A stretch of 64,000 bases of DNA from Candidatus Thermosaccharophagus tengchongensis (GTDB taxonomy: Bacteria; Armatimonadota; Fervidibacteria; Fervidibacterales; Thermosaccharophagaceae): assembly GCA_032161105.1 (NCBI GenBank), contig JAVHTD010000001.1; one strand, written 5' to 3'. A model generated the notes under the pieces. It ran no database searches. It worked only from the letters and a program-made list of their open reading frames with translations, and had not been told where the DNA came from. The first letter of the stretch is position 1, and every line of letters begins with the position of its first letter. Below, in pieces: positions 1 to 10,602 of the stretch. The translations under genes and the position numbers were made by a program.

Positions 1-2005
1 TCACTCGGTTGAAGCATTTTCCACCGGAGTCAGGCAAGGATTTGGCATAAATTATGCGTTTTCAAGCACATTGAACGATGTGCCAAACAGATTAGCATAC
101 AAATTCCGAGCGGGTGGCGAACCACATCAGTATATTTCAACAGGTCCTGTCATATTGGATTGGAGAAGATTAAATCGTGACTATTGGACATACGGTGGAG
201 AGCAGTTTGTAACGCCAAATTACCGATGGCCGCTCAAAATTGCTGTAGCCTCTGATGTTGGTCTGAGTAGCATAGAAATTTACGACAGAGATTTATTGCT
301 TTACCGCTTCTTGCCAAAGGGACGGAAGCAATTTGAGCGATTACTTGAACTTAACTGCGGTTATGGGCGAAACATCGTTATGCGGGTGGAAGACGAGAAT
401 GGAAGGGTTGCAATCAGTGATGTCGCTTATGGCTGGAATCAGGCATTCTCGCCAGTCTGGTGTTCGGACAGAATAAACAATTGCGGGAATTATGGCATTG
501 GGCATGGTCCGCTTTTCTTCTCTGCTTCGGCACCTGCTAATTTCCCGCTTGGTGCGACTTGGGATGGCGGACCTTCTGGGATTAGCCCTGTGATACACCC
601 ACAAGGAATTGAGCCGTTTTTGGACAGCGACATCGGAAAACAGTTTGAGGATCGCCGTCCGCATATTGCGCGACCTTTTGAGGAAATAATGAGCCCAGAT
701 GGCTATGTATTCAGTGCTGAATGTGCGTGGACTACTCCCAAGGAAGTCCCATCTGTAAATCCTTGGCATACGCTCGGACCACTCGTTGAAACACCGCTGT
801 TTCAATTCCGCCTCAAGCATACTGGTTTTCAATCACGCCCGGTGCGCGCGACGCCTGAGTTGCATTGGTCATACCCCGAAAGGAGGGGCAGCTCAATTGC
901 CGAATTTGAGGGGGAAATTGTGTTCAAAAAGACATTGAGGGTTAACCAACTTTATCTTTTCGGAGTCGGTCTTGGGAACATGCGTCAAATTGCTCATGCT
1001 GTGCCATTTGTTGTCATCAACGATGGCAATGGAAACTTTTGGTCTGGAACTCTGGAAAGCTTTCGTTCCGAGTTTTTCTTCGGCAAGCCGGGACAAGAAG
1101 CCGTAGAGACTTTAATTCACCGTGGAGGGTATGCTGCACTCTTTGCGCAAACTCCCTCCAATGCCTTTGCCATTTACAATTTGGGGGAGCCATTGAAAGC
1201 TGTAGTAAATGTTCCCAAATTGAACCTGAACTTCAACGGCGCTATTGCCTTTTACGCGCCTATAAATGGCAAGCAGGTCAAACATGGCGAAAAATATTCG
1301 TATCGTGTGCTTATCCTCAACGACCCGATGGATGAGGAGGGGAAAAATGGAAGGAGATACGAAATTATAAGGGAATTCTTGGGTATGGGTGGGGGCAAAA
1401 AATTCCCATTTGAGTTGCGTCAAGGAAAACTATTAAGCTATTTTGGCATACTTGATGTTAAAGTCCAAGATGGCGTGGTTGAAATTTATATGAAAAAGCC
1501 AAATGAGAGGCTGAATATTCCATTCCCGGTGCGAATTCACGGGTTAAACCCGAGATGGTCGGCGGGGCTGTTTCAGATTGAGGGTTATACTCAGGGAAGA
1601 TATACAAATGGCAAGAATGTTTATAAACCGATTGGTGTGACGAAGGGCGGTATCGGATTCGCAACTTTATACCCAGATTATTCCGAAAATACGCACATTA
1701 TTGTTGGTCACCCAATTGTAGCCGATGACGAAAGAATCGCCATAATTTTTGCCCATACCAATTGGAAGCCCCACGAATATTGGCTCATGGTGAATAATCC
1801 AACAGACGAACCGATCACAACGACAATTCGCCAGAAAATACCGCTACCGGATTTGAAATTTACGCGGCAGCTCATTACTCTACAACCTGGTGAAGATCGC
1901 ATATTGTTTAGCCCGAAAGGGTGGGAAAACCTGTGGGCTAAATCCCCTCAGGATATGCGGCAGTTCTTGGCAAAATATGGGGAATCATGCCAAAGTTGCC
2001 CATAA
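1..2005 (+). CDS. Hypothetical protein, 5'-truncated (frame open from position 2)
   Basis: 644-aa ORF; frame has no stop from base 2 to 71; no family recognised. Confidence 0.75.
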   Translation, partial: HSVEAFSTGVRQGFGINYAFSSTLNDVPNRLAYKFRAGGEPHQYISTGPVILDWRRLNRDYWTYGGEQFVTPNYRWPLKIAVASDVGLSSIEIYDRDLLLYRFLPKGRKQFERLLELNCGYGRNIVMRVEDENGRVAISDVAYGWNQAFSPVWCSDRINNCGNYGIGHGPLFFSASAPANFPLGATWDGGPSGISPVIHPQGIEPFLDSDIGKQFEDRRPHIARPFEEIMSPDGYVFSAECAWTTPKEVPSVNPWHTLGPLVETPLFQFRLKHTGFQSRPVRATPELHWSYPERRGSSIAEFEGEIVFKKTLRVNQLYLFGVGLGNMRQIAHAVPFVVINDGNGNFWSGTLESFRSEFFFGKPGQEAVETLIHRGGYAALFAQTPSNAFAIYNLGEPLKAVVNVPKLNLNFNGAIAFYAPINGKQVKHGEKYSYRVLILNDPMDEEGKNGRRYEIIREFLGMGGGKKFPFELRQGKLLSYFGILDVKVQDGVVEIYMKKPNERLNIPFPVRIHGLNPRWSAGLFQIEGYTQGRYTNGKNVYKPIGVTKGGIGFATLYPDYSENTHIIVGHPIVADDERIAIIFAHTNWKPHEYWLMVNNPTDEPITTTIRQKIPLPDLKFTRQLITLQPGEDRILFSPKGWENLWAKSPQDMRQFLAKYGESCQSCP

Positions 2006-2061
2006 GGTGAGTGTGAGGGGCAAAATAACCACAAATTTGGGGAAATTGTGGGGTGATGTGC

Positions 2062-3495
2062 ATGGATTTTGAGCCGGTAATTGGGCTTGAAGTTCATGCG
2101 GAACTTCTTACGGAGAGCAAGATGTTCTGCAGCTGTCCAACAAAGTTTGGCTCTCCACCAAACACGCAAACTTGCCCAGTATGCCTCGGTTTTCCTGGAG
2201 TTTTGCCGACGGTTAACAAGAGGGCGATTGAGTATACCCTGAAAGTGGCTATGGCATTGAACTGCCAAATAAATCGCCACACAATTTTTGAGCGCAAAAA
2301 TTACTATTACCCTGACCTCCCAAAAGCCTATCAAATTTCGCAGAAGCGGCTGCCCATAGGACACGATGGCTACCTTGAGATTGAAGTTAATGGGGAAATA
2401 AGGCAAATTGGGATAGCAGATGTGCACATTGAAGAGGATACAGGAAAGCTCATCCATGGTGAGGAGGGTGGCTTTGAATTCAGCCTGATTGATTACAACC
2501 GAAGTGGCATCCCACTCGTTGAAATCGTCACAAAACCGGAGATAAGGTCCCTGAAAGAGCTTGAGGAGTTTATGGTAACATTGCGCCAATTATTGCTGTA
2601 TCTTGAAGTGAGCGATTGCAAGATGGAACATGGTTCGCTCAGGTTTGAAGCAAGCGTTTCACTTCGCCCAGCAGGAAGCGAGGAGCTCGGGACGCGTGTT
2701 GAAATCAAAAACTTGAACTCATTCAAGGCTGTTTTAGGGGCAGTTGAAGCTGAAATAAGGCGTCAACAGCAATTGCTCATGCGCGGCGAAAAGATACAGC
2801 AACAGACGATGCTTTGGAATGAAAAAATGCGAATAACTGAGCCAATGCGAACCAAAGAGACAGCTCATGACTATCGGTATTTCCCGGAGCCGGATATACC
2901 GCCGATTGTGATCACCGATGAATGGCTTGAAAATGTGAGGAAACAGTTGCCGGAGTTTCCGAGGCAGCGAATGCAGAGATTCATTGAGCAATATGGATTG
3001 CCAATTCAGGATGCAAAATTGCTAACCGCTTCCAAGGCAAGTGCCGATTTCTTTGAAAAATGTGTTTCCATTTTCCAGCAGCCGAAAATCGTGGCAAATT
3101 GGATGTTAACAGAGATACAAAGTTTGCTCCATGACGACCAGATTGGGTGGGAAGAGTGCCCATTAAAGCCGGAGCAGCTGGCTGGGATGTTGAAATTGAT
3201 AAATGAAGGCGTAATTAGCGGCAGAATTGCCAAGTCAGTCCTTGAACAGATGTATCGGACTGGAAAGGATGCGCAAACTATTGTCAATGAGATGGGCTTG
3301 GTTCAAATCACAGATGAGGCACAATTGCGTCCAATTATTGAGCGCGTAATCGCTGAAAATCCGGATGCAGCGGAAAAATTCAGGAAGGGCGACGAAAAAG
3401 TCATAGGATTCTTCGTTGGTCAAGTCATGCGTGCTACAAAAGGAAGAGCCAACCCACAAATTGTCAACAAACTTATAAGGGAATTACTAACTTAA
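2062..3495 (+). CDS. gatB: Asp-tRNA(Asn)/Glu-tRNA(Gln) amidotransferase subunit B
   Basis: IGLEVHAEL, CPVCLGFPGVLP, RKNYYYPDLPKAYQISQ, DYRYFPEPD and C-terminal GFFVGQVM...KGRANP motifs. Confidence 0.97.
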   Translation: MDFEPVIGLEVHAELLTESKMFCSCPTKFGSPPNTQTCPVCLGFPGVLPTVNKRAIEYTLKVAMALNCQINRHTIFERKNYYYPDLPKAYQISQKRLPIGHDGYLEIEVNGEIRQIGIADVHIEEDTGKLIHGEEGGFEFSLIDYNRSGIPLVEIVTKPEIRSLKELEEFMVTLRQLLLYLEVSDCKMEHGSLRFEASVSLRPAGSEELGTRVEIKNLNSFKAVLGAVEAEIRRQQQLLMRGEKIQQQTMLWNEKMRITEPMRTKETAHDYRYFPEPDIPPIVITDEWLENVRKQLPEFPRQRMQRFIEQYGLPIQDAKLLTASKASADFFEKCVSIFQQPKIVANWMLTEIQSLLHDDQIGWEECPLKPEQLAGMLKLINEGVISGRIAKSVLEQMYRTGKDAQTIVNEMGLVQITDEAQLRPIIERVIAENPDAAEKFRKGDEKVIGFFVGQVMRATKGRANPQIVNKLIRELLT

Positions 3496-3513
3496 ATCAA
3501 GCATCACTTCCGC

Positions 3514-6500
3514 TTAACCTTCAAGCCTTATGTAGTCAATTTCAATGAAAATTCCCGTGCCAGAGCCTGGGTCAAGCCGTATTTGTAGTATTTTGCCGCG
3601 CCATTCTGGAGATTGCGATAAATCAACCCTTATTTCATGCCACTCGCCATCAATTGGAAGGGGGAATTTTATGCTTTTGCTTTCGCTCCATTTCTTGTCA
3701 TCCTCTCTGATCCAGAAAAGTTGTCCTATTGGAGAGGCATCTTTCGGAAATTGCAGCCTTATTTTGAGGGATAATGTCCGGTATTTTGCCGCATCAATTT
3801 CAATTGATGGACCATGCATATAAGGGTCACCGCCTGTAGATTTTGTCGACAAAATTCCATCCTTAACCGAAAATTCCTCCAAGTGGTTTGCCGGAACCCA
3901 GTCATCGGCATCAAACTCAAACTCCCAATTTGGTTTCTCCCAGACAACGCCTAATTGTCCGTAAACTTCCGGCTTCACTCCGATAACCTCAACCGAAAGC
4001 CTTTCGGAAACATGTGCGGTTTTGATTGTTAGCAGTTTTCGCCTGATGTCATATCGCCAACTGCACCCACTAATTTCCTCAATTCTTTTGCCGTTTATTC
4101 GCAGTTCCTTCGGCATAGATACACATGCCACGATAGTGGTTGTTTCACTTATACCTTTCGGCTGCGAAAGCGTGATTGTAAGGGTATCCCGAACAAATTT
4201 CACGGTTTCAATTAGAGCCTCGCTCGTGACCCTTATTTGTGTTTTTTCGGCAAAAATTGTCTCATAATCCCATGCATCATCATGCTCATTATGCAATAAC
4301 CAGATATTGCGGACGATTCCGTAAGGACCTATTATTCCCTTGTCATTTGGACCATAACGATATGTCAAAGAGACGCTATCGGGATAGTTTCCGTCTGGGT
4401 GATTGACCGCAGCCTGTTGCTGTATAGCGCAAACTGTTATTCCCTCGGCTATATGGCGCCAAAATGTGGCATTTTGCCATGTGGAGGTGACTTTATCGCC
4501 GTATGCCGATTTTAACGCCTTTGATAGCTTGAGCAAAGCGTAGGCATAATCAAGCCCGTTCCACTGAACTGGCGTCCCAAACCAAGGCGCAGCTGTAAAG
4601 AAACTCGTTCCGAACACCGGAATTGAAGCATAGCGCATCATCTGCGGTCTATCTGGCGGATTCCATAGGTAAATAAACGGTATCCCAGTTTTTGCCCAGT
4701 ATATTGCCCTTTCAAGCCAATAGCTATCGCGCGTTATTTGCCACGCTTCAAGATAGGCATGAATCGCATTTGCTGATGCGAGGACATCTGGGCAATGTAG
4801 CGGCACTTCCCAAGTTTGTGCGCCCTCCGGTCGGATAAATGCCCCATCAATGAATTTTATGGCTTTCATTCCGAGTTCTGTGGCGATTGTCGAGCCGCTC
4901 ATCCTTGCGTATCGCAGTAGTGCGGTCGCTCTGCCATTGACAAATGTGCAAGTCCCAATGGTTGTATCGCCCTCTTTTCCGTAGTCATCAAGCGGGCGAT
5001 GTGGTGCAAATTTCTTCAACATATCCAATGTCCATCCTCGGTCAATCGCAAATGCCCACGAACCATCTTCACGCTGCGTCCTTGAAGCCTCAATTGCGTT
5101 AACTTCAACATTTCTCAACCCCACCGCCAACCTTCCGTATCTGTCTGAGTGCTCCTTGACTTTGCTTCGCCTGAAGGTTTCCTCATCGCTGTATGGGCGT
5201 TCCGGTATCGGCGGAAGGGGAAATTTTGCAAAATAGTCGTCGTAAGCCCCAAGTATACCGCCATAGCCGCCAATTAACCAACTGCTAACCGAAATCTCCT
5301 CACCCGCTGAAAGAACCAGTGGCTTTTGAGCCATCATTTCGTTTTCCTTCACCCATGATGGGACATTGGGCACCATTAAAGCAAGCAGCGAGTTTTCTTG
5401 CCCCATAATCTCGTTCGGGACGATGAAGACTGGCTGAGGGCATATTGTTAAGCCATCCTTCAACTTTGACCAGCTTTGCAAGGCATCCCACATTAATCCG
5501 ACATAGTCTCCGCGGTGCTCAACAACCATCATTGGTTGTGTGAGTTTGTATGGGTGCGGGACAATGTGCAAGTGGTGAGGCGGGTCACTGTATAGCGTAT
5601 CAGTGACTTTTTCATCCCGAAGTAGCCAGTAAATTCCGGGAAGCAGTGCTGCGTCCTTTTCGGTCCCAAACAGGTTATCGCCGACGAATATTGCTGGGGA
5701 GTGTATGGCGCAAATTTTGACCGACTTATTTGGGGAAATCCTGCCGGAAAACTTGAGGGAATTACCATCCGGCTCAATTTTGACCTCTCCTTTGATTTCA
5801 AGACCGTTGGCTGTTTTCAGAGCTAATGGGAATGATATTCCGCCATTTGGCAGTTTGGAAAAATTCCGGGAAAATGCCGAAAGTTTTTGAATCACACCAT
5901 TGGTGTCCTCATAAGAGATGCTTAGCAAGCACGGTGAGTAGCCCATCCTCCTCCATGTTTTCCCCAGAACTTCAATGGCAAAAACACCATATCCAAAAGG
6001 ATTTTGTGGGAATAATAGCCTGACCTTACCTGACGAAACTGATAGCGTGCCTTTTTGGCGCTCATCAATTTGGTGTGTCACAGCAACTTCAGCCGAAGAT
6101 TTTTCCCAATTTTCCCCAAATTTTACCGAAACAGATGCTGAAGCCACACACGGGCTTTTTGCCCTCAGCTGCCACTCAATATGCCTCTCACCCGGCGGGA
6201 GGAGTGGCACATCTTCCGCAATTTTACCGCTAATTACAGTCAACTCTTTGCCCAAGTTGAGACGCACAGCTACACCTTTAGCAACTGCGCTGCCATCGTT
6301 AGCTAACACCAAGCGCAATTTCAGAGGTTTGTCAACGAAGGAAACCGCGTTTGAAAAATTGAACAGACGCAATCTCGTTTTGGCGCGGCAGACAAACGGT
6401 GCGCTTTCAACAATCCCGGCATAAGCTCCCCATTTTGCCATCAATTTCATCCCGTCGGTTCTCATACCCTTGATGTCAAATGCCACTTCGGCAAACTCAC

Positions 6501-7326
6501 CTGGTGCAACCATCTTTGGCGCCTCTTTTTGCAAAACTTCCAAATTTTTTGGCGCTTCAACTGAAGCTCTCACAGGTGCCGGTTTATCGCCGGAGTTATG
6601 CAGCTTAATCACAAATGTTCCCTCCATACCCGCGTTTTTGCCCTCACGCAAGTCCATTGAGACGAGGCATAAGTGCCATCCGGCATCCTCAGTGAAACGG
6701 ATGTCGTCAAAGATGACAGCCGCTGGGGCTTGTTTTCCGCCCTCATTTATCCGCAATCCAACCTGAACTGAGTGCACTTCGGGACTACCTGAGAAGTCAA
6801 ATGTCAGGACACCGATGTGCCAAACTCCGTCACCGGCAAAATAATGCGGGATGATGTATTGTGCCCTCGCAGCGCCACCCTCCAAATTGTCAGCCTTCAT
6901 CGGTATGGCATAGACGCGCACATTGTCGCTTTCGCACCTCAACAACTTGTATCGGAAGATGAGGGCACCCCTCTTTACGGGCAGCATCGCGCCGATGCTT
7001 TGCGCTGGCACATTTGGCTTGCTTGGCGCATATGCCCTGTTGACACCAACTACGATTGGCTTCCTCGCTTCCATGAGCAACGCATATTTGCCCTCAAATG
7101 CGTCCTCAACCACTTTAACCGTTGCGTCCTCAGGTGATGAGGAGAACCAACCCCAATCAACCGGGAAGCCAGCTTTATCAAGTTTTTCAAAGCCACCATT
7201 TGAGAGTTCAACACCGGGAAGAGCGCATGCTTGGAATACCAGCAACACAGGCACGGAGAGTAAAAGGGCACATACTGAGCACCATTGTGCATTCATCCCT
7301 CGCATCTTACTTGCCACCTCCTTCAA
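3514..7326 (-). CDS. Large secreted multidomain protein (CBM-like ends, possible carbohydrate-active core)
   Basis: 1270-aa ORF; signal-peptide-like N-terminus, NGGFE...W start typical of CBM4/9-like domains, Ig/CARDB-like middle, aromatic-rich helical core, C-terminal GDPY...GQLFW...RLDP module. Confidence 0.7.
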   Translation of the reverse strand: MKEVASKMRGMNAQWCSVCALLLSVPVLLVFQACALPGVELSNGGFEKLDKAGFPVDWGWFSSSPEDATVKVVEDAFEGKYALLMEARKPIVVGVNRAYAPSKPNVPAQSIGAMLPVKRGALIFRYKLLRCESDNVRVYAIPMKADNLEGGAARAQYIIPHYFAGDGVWHIGVLTFDFSGSPEVHSVQVGLRINEGGKQAPAAVIFDDIRFTEDAGWHLCLVSMDLREGKNAGMEGTFVIKLHNSGDKPAPVRASVEAPKNLEVLQKEAPKMVAPGEFAEVAFDIKGMRTDGMKLMAKWGAYAGIVESAPFVCRAKTRLRLFNFSNAVSFVDKPLKLRLVLANDGSAVAKGVAVRLNLGKELTVISGKIAEDVPLLPPGERHIEWQLRAKSPCVASASVSVKFGENWEKSSAEVAVTHQIDERQKGTLSVSSGKVRLLFPQNPFGYGVFAIEVLGKTWRRMGYSPCLLSISYEDTNGVIQKLSAFSRNFSKLPNGGISFPLALKTANGLEIKGEVKIEPDGNSLKFSGRISPNKSVKICAIHSPAIFVGDNLFGTEKDAALLPGIYWLLRDEKVTDTLYSDPPHHLHIVPHPYKLTQPMMVVEHRGDYVGLMWDALQSWSKLKDGLTICPQPVFIVPNEIMGQENSLLALMVPNVPSWVKENEMMAQKPLVLSAGEEISVSSWLIGGYGGILGAYDDYFAKFPLPPIPERPYSDEETFRRSKVKEHSDRYGRLAVGLRNVEVNAIEASRTQREDGSWAFAIDRGWTLDMLKKFAPHRPLDDYGKEGDTTIGTCTFVNGRATALLRYARMSGSTIATELGMKAIKFIDGAFIRPEGAQTWEVPLHCPDVLASANAIHAYLEAWQITRDSYWLERAIYWAKTGIPFIYLWNPPDRPQMMRYASIPVFGTSFFTAAPWFGTPVQWNGLDYAYALLKLSKALKSAYGDKVTSTWQNATFWRHIAEGITVCAIQQQAAVNHPDGNYPDSVSLTYRYGPNDKGIIGPYGIVRNIWLLHNEHDDAWDYETIFAEKTQIRVTSEALIETVKFVRDTLTITLSQPKGISETTTIVACVSMPKELRINGKRIEEISGCSWRYDIRRKLLTIKTAHVSERLSVEVIGVKPEVYGQLGVVWEKPNWEFEFDADDWVPANHLEEFSVKDGILSTKSTGGDPYMHGPSIEIDAAKYRTLSLKIRLQFPKDASPIGQLFWIREDDKKWSESKSIKFPLPIDGEWHEIRVDLSQSPEWRGKILQIRLDPGSGTGIFIEIDYIRLEG

Positions 7327-8617
7327 AGTGTGTGCTCATGATGATGCGTTGATAAACTTCGTGCAGCTTGCCATCGCCATCGCATTGGCATGTTCCAACA
7401 AACAGCACTGCATATTGCCTGCCGGGAAATAACATGCATGCCACCAAGGTGTGCATTTTCGGCGTCGCAGTTGTGCTTGGGATGTCAAACAGACCCATCA
7501 CCCCCTTACCATCCTGCGAAGTTAACTCCTGCCACTTTTCCCTTTGCCGCCAGTTAAGTGGCGATAGGAAAGTTTGCGCTATCTGCTTTGCCGCTTCAAT
7601 GGCATCCTTTGACAAGGCAAGTCCAACAACAGTCGGGACAAAGTTCACAGAGAGCGTTGGCACGAATCCGCCTTCCGATTCGCCGACAATGCAAAATCCA
7701 GCGGGCGCATTCAATGGCGCGACCTGTTGCGCCAGAATAATCTTCCAACCGCTTGGCAGGCGAAATTGCATGCCGAGCCATGGCAACCTGCAGATGCCGC
7801 TTTCATCGGGCGTGATTTCGCCGTAAGTTGCAGGTGAGGGCAGTTTGTGCCCCTTAGCACTGTGCTGCGGCTCAATTGCAATCGGGTTGAGCGCAATGCG
7901 CCTGAACTCCAACAAGTTAAACGCATGGCGATGCGGAATTGGGGTTGGTTGGATTGTTCGCATAGGCTTTGTGATGTGTGGTTCATTTGCCTTTGGTTGG
8001 ATTGAGACAACAACTTCACCCTCTGGCAATGGCAGGCGAATGCCGATCTCCTTGCTGGCGTCAATCTCACGAAGCGAGCAGAGAATTGCGAGCATCTCAG
8101 ACTTCACTGAATCGGCAATGTTGGGCGTGGATGTGCATACCGCTGCAATAAGCTTCTTTCCCATCTTGATCGCAGCCGCCCAAACAAAGATTTGCGCTTC
8201 ACCTTCAGGTGGACGGCGGAGCGTCGCAACGATGGCAAAGCCATTTTCGTGCGGGTAAATCTCCCTCGGAGCGACTTCGTCAAGCCCGTGATTGCGTTCC
8301 TTCAGCTCTTTGACCAAGTTAGAGAGCAATGAGTGTGCAGTCCATTGAGCTTCCACTTCGGGGACGAGTAAGCAAAAGAAAGCCTCCTTACCCTTCACAA
8401 AAATGCAAGTGCCCTTTCTGTGGCTGCCCTTTGCAGGTGACCATCCGTGTGGTAAACTCAACTTTACCCCGACTTCGTAACATGCGTGTTCAACCGCTTG
8501 GGCGATGGATTGGTATTGGGAGGCAATCGCAAGCAGGGGCAATGATAACAACGCTATGAACAGTTGTGCTTGCCACCAAAACATAGCGCACTCATGCCGC
8601 ATTCGCTTCAACCTCAC
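7307..8617 (-). CDS. Hypothetical exported protein
   Basis: 436-aa ORF with N-terminal hydrophobic segment, in line with flanking minus-strand genes. Confidence 0.6.
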   Translation of the reverse strand: MRLKRMRHECAMFWWQAQLFIALLSLPLLAIASQYQSIAQAVEHACYEVGVKLSLPHGWSPAKGSHRKGTCIFVKGKEAFFCLLVPEVEAQWTAHSLLSNLVKELKERNHGLDEVAPREIYPHENGFAIVATLRRPPEGEAQIFVWAAAIKMGKKLIAAVCTSTPNIADSVKSEMLAILCSLREIDASKEIGIRLPLPEGEVVVSIQPKANEPHITKPMRTIQPTPIPHRHAFNLLEFRRIALNPIAIEPQHSAKGHKLPSPATYGEITPDESGICRLPWLGMQFRLPSGWKIILAQQVAPLNAPAGFCIVGESEGGFVPTLSVNFVPTVVGLALSKDAIEAAKQIAQTFLSPLNWRQREKWQELTSQDGKGVMGLFDIPSTTATPKMHTLVACMLFPGRQYAVLFVGTCQCDGDGKLHEVYQRIIMSTHFEGGGK

Positions 8618-8625
8618 CGCAGCAC

Positions 8626-9282
8626 CTATGTTGATTCTCTCAATGTGGCGTTTGTTGAACTCGCATTGTTTAGCTGTGCATCATCTGTTTGCCCCCTTAG
8701 TGTTCCCTGTCCACCATCGGCATGTGCTAACAGTATTGGCGGCTCTATTTCACCTTCGTGTGGCTCCTTGGGTTCTTCCTGCTCTTCACTCCCTTTCGGC
8801 TCGCGCTTGTGTAAGCCTTCGCACTCAGTTTCCCACCGCTTTATGCGCTCATTGAGCATCGCTAACATCGTTTCAAGCATGCCCTTAATTTCGTATGCTA
8901 TGCGCATGCGCTCATTTTGCAGCTCGGCGATTTCACGCTTGATCTCCGATGCCCTTTTTGAGGCATCTTCAATTATGTGCTGTGCTCTCCCTCGCGCCTC
9001 GTCAACGATTAACTCGGCATGGCGCTGTGCGCTCTCTTTTGTCTCCTCGGCAGCACGCTGTGCGAGCACGATCGCATTCTGAAGCGTCTCCTCAAGCGAT
9101 TCGTAATAGTTCAATCGCTCACGCAACCTCTCAACCTCTTGCTTCAGCTGTGTGTTCTCAAGCATGAGTTGTTCAACGAATTCTGCAAGCTCCCTGTGAA
9201 AGGCTTTCACCTCACTCATAGCATAGCCTTTAAGCACTTTGCGAAACTCTCGGTGCAGTATCTCCACAGGCGTGATCGGCAT
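8626..9282 (-). CDS. divIVA: DivIVA domain protein
   Basis: MPITPVEILHREFRKVLKGY...EV N-terminus followed by coiled coil; ylm-cluster position. Confidence 0.92.
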   Translation of the reverse strand: MPITPVEILHREFRKVLKGYAMSEVKAFHRELAEFVEQLMLENTQLKQEVERLRERLNYYESLEETLQNAIVLAQRAAEETKESAQRHAELIVDEARGRAQHIIEDASKRASEIKREIAELQNERMRIAYEIKGMLETMLAMLNERIKRWETECEGLHKREPKGSEEQEEPKEPHEGEIEPPILLAHADGGQGTLRGQTDDAQLNNASSTNATLREST

Positions 9283-9409
9283 TTTCGCTCATCCCCCATC
9301 AGCCAGAACTTATCAACCCCTCCTCAACCTTATCAGGAGCACAATTTGCGAGACAGCCCTTCCTCAACAACCAGATTAATCTCGCCCACCACAATTGCGT
9401 GGCGAGGCA

Positions 9410-9673
9410 TCACCATGTGAGTGCCGCTATGAGCAACTTTGCCACAATCCATATGAGCACGACCGCAATGGCTGGCGATATGTCAATCCCATATCGGTAT
9501 GTGGGCACAAGCTTCCTTATCGGCTTAAGCATTGGCTCAGTCACATTGACGATGAAGTGGGTGAATGGGTGACATTGCACCCTCACATTCGGAATCCAAG
9601 AGAGTATAGCCCTGATGAGCAAGAGCAGCGTAAGCGCATTTGCAACCAGCGCGATAAGGTTGGCTACAAGCAT
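9410..9673 (-). CDS. yggT: YggT/YlmG family membrane protein
   Basis: AILSWIP...VTEPMLKPIRKLVP...IDISP signature. Confidence 0.93.
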   Translation of the reverse strand: MLVANLIALVANALTLLLLIRAILSWIPNVRVQCHPFTHFIVNVTEPMLKPIRKLVPTYRYGIDISPAIAVVLIWIVAKLLIAALTW

Positions 9674-9676
9674 GCC

Positions 9677-10537
9677 TCATTTCGCCCCCGTCGCCTTTGA
9701 CAGTGAGCGTGCCCTCTCAAATGCTGCAAGCACTGCATCCATTACAATCCCGCGAAAGCCGCGCCTCTCAAATTCGTGCAACGCTGCTATCGTTGTCCCG
9801 CCGGGCGATGTAACCATCTCGCGCAACTCGGCAGTGTGCTTTTGCATCTTCGCAGCCATTGTCGCAGCGCCAAGAACCGTGTGGATGGCAATGCGTGTCG
9901 CCATGTCCCTCGGCAAACCGACATTTACTCCAGCATCCGAGAGTGCCTCAATGAAGGTGAACACATACGCAGGTCCGCTCCCGCTCACTGCAGTTATCGC
10001 ATCCATCCATTCCTCGTGCACATCAATTGTGATCCCCATCGGAGAAAACAGCGTATGGACAACTTGCCTGTGCGTTTCGGTTGCATGCGTTCCGAGGGCA
10101 ATCGCGCACACGCCAGCACCAACAAGGCACGGCGTGTTCGGCATGACTCGCACAACCGCCAGACGAGGTGGTGTGGAGCGCTCAAGCTGCGAGATGGTTA
10201 TTCCGGCTGCGATGGAGATGAGCAAATGGCGTTCGCTTGACAGGTGGGGCGATATCTCGGCAAGCACAACTGGCACAACTTGCGGTTTAACAGCGAGCAG
10301 GATGACATCGCATGCTTTCACAGCCCAGGTATTGTCTCGGCAAACTTCAACACCAACTTCCTCCTTGAGCTGCTTGAGCTTTGTTTCATCAACATCGGTA
10401 GCTGCGATTTGGTTTGCTTGAAGCACTCCATGATTAACCAACGCCCTGACCAAACCGCCTCCCATAGCGCCGCTGCCGATTACGGCGAGCCGCATGCCAT
10501 CAAGTTTGGGAGCGCTGTTTTCCATGCACATCGCCAC
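9677..10537 (-). CDS. proC: Pyrroline-5-carboxylate reductase
   Basis: GSGAMG, LAVKPQ, RVMPNTP, SGSGPAY, VTSPGGTT motifs. Confidence 0.97.
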   Translation of the reverse strand: MAMCMENSAPKLDGMRLAVIGSGAMGGGLVRALVNHGVLQANQIAATDVDETKLKQLKEEVGVEVCRDNTWAVKACDVILLAVKPQVVPVVLAEISPHLSSERHLLISIAAGITISQLERSTPPRLAVVRVMPNTPCLVGAGVCAIALGTHATETHRQVVHTLFSPMGITIDVHEEWMDAITAVSGSGPAYVFTFIEALSDAGVNVGLPRDMATRIAIHTVLGAATMAAKMQKHTAELREMVTSPGGTTIAALHEFERRGFRGIVMDAVLAAFERARSLSKATGAK

Positions 10538-10602
10538 CTCGGTCTCGTAAGGGAGCGATTTGTTTGTCCCGTCATGAAAGCTGTGCCAATGTGATAACCG
10601 GT

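Noticed and set aside
9615..10421. Long antisense ORFs (e.g. 9615-10421, 23253-23975, 1948-2589)
   Set aside because: Shadows of well-supported genes on the opposite strand
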